Assembly (NCBI GenBank): GCA_032718475.1
Contig: JAUCBJ010008713.1
Span: 1 to 38,646, forward strand
DNA: 38,646 nt
DNA from: Nemertoderma westbladi
Lineage: Eukaryota > Animalia > Xenacoelomorpha
Direction of reading: 5' to 3'
Shown here piece after piece: positions 33,808 to 38,646 of the stretch (positions within the stretch are counted from its first letter, which is position 1; each line of letters begins with the position of its first letter). The notes under the pieces are model-generated. The model saw only the letters and a program-made list of their open reading frames with translations, did no database searches and had not been told where the DNA came from. The position numbers were made by a program, and so were the translations under genes.

Positions 33808-34413
33808 GTAATATGCCTATTCATATTTGTACACATAAAACCCTTAGGTACTCTCGTGGCGTAGTGGTCAGATGGTTAAGGCGTTGGTTACATTACGTAG
33901 GTTACGAGTTCGAATCCCAGTCGGGAAATTTGTATTTTGGGGCCATTTATTTTCGTGTGGTGCTAATTGGTAGGCCAATGAGAAGCGTACAGCGTAGCGA
34001 ATGATGAGCCAGGCCAATCATAGGGCATAAATTATCTTATTGCTCAAATGTGAGGCAGTGGAAAATTCTGTTAGGATTCCATGTCCCAGATTAGTGTAAG
34101 GGCCGGACTGCGTTGAACGATGAGCTGGGCCAATCATAGAGCACGAAGCACTTCATTGCTCAATGGTGAAGCTGTGGAAAATTCTGTTTAGTTTCCATGT
34201 GCAATTTCTAGTATAAAAAGGCCGTTTTGCCTTCGGTTATCACTCCACCTTATCACGTTAATACCTGATATTATTATAGTTTATTCTTGTAAAATTAGTT
34301 AATTCGGTTTCTTGTTGAAACTTTATTTGATAAATCCTTTTGTAAAACTGTAAATATACTGCAATTTCCTGACATGTTTTCCTTTGGTCCGACTTCGGGA
34401 CAGCCGAACACCA
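33808..34413 (+). promoter_or_regulatory. LTR-like promoter of putative element C
   Basis: Starts TGTAA; 116-bp-period duplicated CCAAT unit at 34003 and 34119; TATAAAA at 34212. The LTR 3' end and PBS are not firmly identified. Confidence 0.5.
33858..33925 (+). pseudogene. tRNA-derived sequence (Ser/Leu-like D arm) with Pol III A and B boxes; SINE head or tRNA pseudogene
   Basis: GTGGTCAGATGGTTAAGGCGTTGG and GAGTTCGAATCCC; no proper anticodon or acceptor stem. Confidence 0.65.
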
Positions 34414-36118
34414 GGGAGATGGCAGCCTAGATCGTTAGGCCGTAAGCTACGCAGGGAAGGGATGTCCACAACACGCTAGCGCCCACATTGGATCGACCGC
34501 GCACCCCCTTTGCCCCTTCGAAATACTCCACTTGCTATGCAGCGCCCGCTTTGTGAGAAGGTAAGACTTTATTCGACGCCCTTGCCCGCCGTAAGACCTA
34601 TAGATCAGGGTAAGCGTGACATCGTACTGGACGCCGCAAATTTAGGATCAGATAATTATATCCAGACACCCCCCCCTTTGTCAAGTCCTACGAATCCCTG
34701 GGTTAACCTGTACTTCCTACAGGTGTGACCTATTGCCATTCGTCAGTACGCGAGTACATATTAGGTACGGACAGCATACGTTCCATAATTTAGTGATTCA
34801 TAGCACTGACTGTTTGGTACCGGTTCGCTTTGTAGAACGTACATTAGTACCCCCCCCCCCCCCCTCCTGTCTGGAGTTAGCTATTTGATCAGGCAAGGAG
34901 CATTTCTGCTACCGGCACACTGCTTGGCCTAGGGAGGTTTATTAATATCCTACCGCGCCTTGCCACGTACTGATAGGTATTGCTGCTAACTACCGCAGCA
35001 ACAAAGTTCTAGAATTAAATTAGTATACCAGATCAGCTAACGTACGGTAGCGATTAACCCCTATTCTTATCTTACAACCAGAATCTGGTATTAGTGCCGA
35101 TCACGGGTGTAGTTACTAACACTGTGGTTGCCCATTGGGTTGTGGATAGGAAGGAGAGAGCTTTGACGTCATTCGTGAGTATAAAGTTCTACAAACGCGA
35201 CTAGTTTATTTTAGTAGCTAGTGCACGGTATCACTTAGTCAGAAAATCACTAAAACCTAGTAAAAGGAATTACACGAAATTGTTTTATTTGTAACACACC
35301 CACACACACACGCCCTAAAACATATTGCCCTTAAAGTTCTACTAGCTATAGCGTACTATACATTACTTTAGGTGGAAATTATCTGTATTTGTACAATTAG
35401 GATCTGATTTAGTTGCGGCAAGATAAGGAGTATTTCATTTTCGTTATTAAACTGTTGTTTGTCTGGACAACGGTATTGTTACATTTAGGCCTGACCTTTT
35501 AGACTGATTTCGTACAGGGGGATCAGTTATTGTTACATTTAGGTACGACCCCTTTTCGACTGATTTAGGACTGACAGTGTTGTTACGCTAGGTCTGTTAA
35601 CCCACTAGCTCGTATATAAACCATATAAATCACACCGCGGCAAGTTACTGTATTTAGGACTGTCAGTGATAGTTAGGATTCGCTGCGCGGGGATTGTTTT
35701 CCCGTGAGTTTGGTCTGTTACTGTAACTGTACATCTGCCTCACCGGTTAGAGGACAGGTATCCTTCTGTCTAGTACGTAGGCATTCGACCCGCTCACGTA
35801 CATAGAATAGATACAAGGCTCTGTTCCTCGCCAGTAGTCGTTTGTGTACTATATCTGTTTGTTTAGATATCCTGGACTGGGATTTGTTGTCAGATACTGT
35901 ACAAGCCCGTATACATTACTAGAGTCTCATAGTAAGATACCTCGTTACTAGGATCTGGTAAGCGGTATACTACTGGACCCTTACAGTAGGAAGTATTGTT
36001 TAATATACGCTAAGTATATTATACAAATTCTGAAATTAGTGTATAGTACTTCTATCGTAGTGTAAATATTCCTACCTTACAGTAGGAAGTATTTATATAA
36101 ATTAGTATATAGTATTTC

Positions 36119-36767
36119 TAATGAACGATATCGCCAAAGAAATAATTTTCCACTTCATTTCAAATCAAATTAATATTAAATTAAACAATAACAAATACAT
36201 AATACATAATAAGACATCAGCTGTATTTAACCACTGGGGGGAAACGGGGCACACCTTTAGTTTAGACAACTTCGAGATTATAGGAACAGCTCAAACCAAA
36301 TACCAGCTACGCATTAAAGAGGCACTTTTCATCAGAAAATTAAGCCCGACACTAAACAATCGCGAATGTAGCTTTCAACTATCACTAATTTAGGTTTTAT
36401 TGGGGGGGGGGGGGGGGTGAAAAAAAAAGGGGGGGGGGGGATACTATTGGAATCATTTTGAGTTTGTATAGTACTGTAGTTAGATTTATAATCACAATGT
36501 AGTATTATTAAAAATTGTGTTTACTTAGGCCTGTATTTGTTGTACCGTTAATCCAGTATTAGAATAGGCAGTTGTTTTTACTTACCCTGAAGATGGCTCT
36601 ATTTTGAGTTGAAACGTTGGTTTATGTCTGTATGTCTTATTATGTATTATGTATTTGTTATTGTTTAATTTAATATTAATTTGATTTGAAATGAAGTGGA
36701 AAATTATTTCTTTGGCGATATCGTTCATTATTCTATTAAGATTTCCCTCATCAAAAACTGTTTCCGA
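36119..36767 (+). mobile_element. 5'-truncated Penelope-like element with an inverted pLTR fragment at its 5' end
   Basis: SAVFNHW.ETGH.F..DNFEII...LRIKEALFIRKLSPTLN is a GIY-YIG C-terminus; 36119-36217 is the reverse complement of 36632-36730; TSD atatagtatttc(ta) at 36107 and 36768. Confidence 0.9.
36584..36621 (+). ncRNA. Minimal type I hammerhead ribozyme motif in the Penelope pLTR
   Basis: acc-CTGAAGA-t-ggctc(tatttt)gagtt-GAAA-cgtt-ggt; core boxes, stem II and a short stem I are present, as known for Penelope-like elements. Confidence 0.7.
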
Positions 36768-37674
36768 ATATAGTATTTCTATCGTAGCGTATAGTATAGT
36801 TTAGAATTGTTAGCTATTGAAAGTAGGAGATATTTAAAATCTAAGGTTAGTAAATTTAGTAATTTAGAACGTCCCCTGCTTCAGTAGGCTTTTAGGGTAG
36901 CTAGTACTTTCGTATTTAATATTTGACTAGCTAACAGTTAGTTTGTAGCACTTTGTTTTACGCCGTGTGTGTGCGGTGTTACTTTTCGGTACTTGAAAAG
37001 GTACATAGGGTTTAAAGACCAATTTGTATCGGTACCTAGGAAGATTTTTCGTAAGCGTAGAAGTAAAACTCTCACCTTCGACCTTTTCAGGACTCAAGGA
37101 CTCATTTCTGGACCGCTTCGAGGATTAGACCGCTTTTCGCAAAGTTTGGGAGACAATAAATTCGTCCGCGCCGCCGAAAAACGGAAAGACCCACGTCCGG
37201 TTTGTATTTGGGAATTTGTACGACTGGAAGATCAAAGGAACGTAAGTTTTACGACTCGCGTCGTTCAAACTTAAGAAAGCACAGTAGTACTCAAAATTTG
37301 TGGGTTTCACTGTCTATTAGTAGTGTTGTTGGTACATATTTTCCCTTTAGACGTTGCTGTTTGGCCTATTGTTTATACTTGTTGATCTATATTTTGTTAA
37401 CGTATACCGTTATCTCACTTATTCGTACAAATTTAGCCGGTAGGCTAGATTACTACTTATTTTATTATATACCTTGTTAGTTTTATTTGTACCGGTTAGG
37501 GTATATATATGATATATATATATATCAAGGTAAGTTTGACATTTGTACATTTCGACATTTTGACATTTCGACATTCTGACTTGTTGATTTATTTGTACCG
37601 GTTAGGTAAGTTTGACACTTCAACATTCAGACACTTGACATTTTATTACCCGTACTTGACGTATATAATAAGAC

Positions 37675-38646
37675 ATGAGTGACACACCCCATTCGACGAG
37701 ATACCCACCTACCGACTATGACTCGTGCGACCCGGACAGATCGACAGTAGACGAACCGAGAAGGAGAACCCGAGATTCCACCGATGTCACACCGCTTGCG
37801 TCGCCGGTACCCCGAACGGAAATACTGGAAACCGCAACGCGTGGCGATGGCAGAATCGAAGATTTCCTTACCGTCCCGCAGACTAGATCGCGGGAACCGG
37901 ACATGGTAAGTTCGACTGGAAGCCAGGAGAACGTTATTAGAAGTATAGGAGGACACATGGCCCAGATTACTCGGAACCTCGGAGAAGGTTTTCGCGTTTT
38001 ACGCGAGTTAACCGCCCCGATGTCGAGATACGAGTTCTACACCTTACAGGTAAGGATAGAAAGTAGGGTACATGCCTCCATAGATAAACTTAAAGGTTTG
38101 CACGAACTTGCAGAGTTGCGTGGCGACAACTTTACTCAGGTAAAGATAGTAGATAAATTGGTAAGTGCGAGAGAAAGCCTTATCCAGTTTAAGTCGGTAA
38201 TAAGCTTGGCTCAACAGGAGCAGTTCGACCAACTGCTAGGTGAGTCAGTTTCGGACGCGTTGTTACAACCCGAAGAGGAAGAAGAACTCTACTGCCTGGA
38301 CGGAAGGTTGGAAACGCTGACCAATTTTCTTCGTAGATGCGGCGTACCGATCGACGAACCGGAAGTCGAACCGCGAGGGACGACGGAAGTTCTCACTACG
38401 GAAGGCTCGCGAGCCTACCAACATCCACCACTGGATAGATCGTTCGTTAGCGTACGGAGCGACGTTGGCAACGTTGGCGACGTTAGTAGAACAGCGTCTG
38501 GAATTACTCGACAACAACAGGAGGTTGCACGCCGACAACAAGTCGCCGAGGAAGAAGCGCGACACCAGATGGCACAGATCGCCATCGGAGGAGAGAAACA
38601 ACGTAGAGAAGACGAGGCAAGAATTGCACAACTCAAGGCGCAAGCC
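37675..38646 (+). CDS. Partial ORF (324 codons, open to the window end), probable retrotransposon Gag N-terminus (element C, possibly BEL/Pao)
   Basis: Hand translation MSDTPHSTRYPPTDYDSCDPDR...QQVAEEEARHQMAQIAIGGEKQRREDEARIAQLKAQA with no stop; disordered, helical, then coiled-coil layout like Gags A and B; lies downstream of an LTR-like promoter. Confidence 0.65.
   Translation, partial: MSDTPHSTRYPPTDYDSCDPDRSTVDEPRRRTRDSTDVTPLASPVPRTEILETATRGDGRIEDFLTVPQTRSREPDMVSSTGSQENVIRSIGGHMAQITRNLGEGFRVLRELTAPMSRYEFYTLQVRIESRVHASIDKLKGLHELAELRGDNFTQVKIVDKLVSARESLIQFKSVISLAQQEQFDQLLGESVSDALLQPEEEEELYCLDGRLETLTNFLRRCGVPIDEPEVEPRGTTEVLTTEGSRAYQHPPLDRSFVSVRSDVGNVGDVSRTASGITRQQQEVARRQQVAEEEARHQMAQIAIGGEKQRREDEARIAQLKAQA

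Noticed and set aside
33858-33925. Functional tRNA gene
   Set aside because: A and B boxes are present, but the acceptor and anticodon stems do not form.

Overview
Animal (probably invertebrate) nuclear DNA dominated by nested transposable elements; nothing here looks prokaryotic. There are two clear BEL/Pao LTR retrotransposons. Element A is on the minus strand, with an intact 1639-aa Gag-protease ORF. Element B is on the plus strand, frameshifted and internally deleted. A probable third element (C) starts near 33.8 kb, and its Gag-like ORF (37675 to the window end) is absent from the ORF track. Also present: a decayed Ty3/Gypsy pol; 5'-truncated L2/CR1-group, RTE, CRE-like and Penelope retroelements (the last two with target-site duplications); a piggyBac-type MITE; a ~1.9 kb imperfect palindrome; a tRNA-like Pol III cassette; and one host gene, a secreted fibrinogen-related (FReD) protein carrying a 1-nt frameshift. 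The most notable signals are (i) a frame-preserving 87-nt intron candidate that holds the stop codons at the end of BEL Gag-PR, suggesting splicing-controlled Gag/Pol expression; (ii) an in-frame (DPPPx)n array directly before the YADD motif of the CRE reverse transcriptase; and (iii) a conserved, unrecognised N-terminal domain in the giant BEL Gags. Family assignments rest on motifs recognised by eye, and element boundaries without TSDs are approximate.
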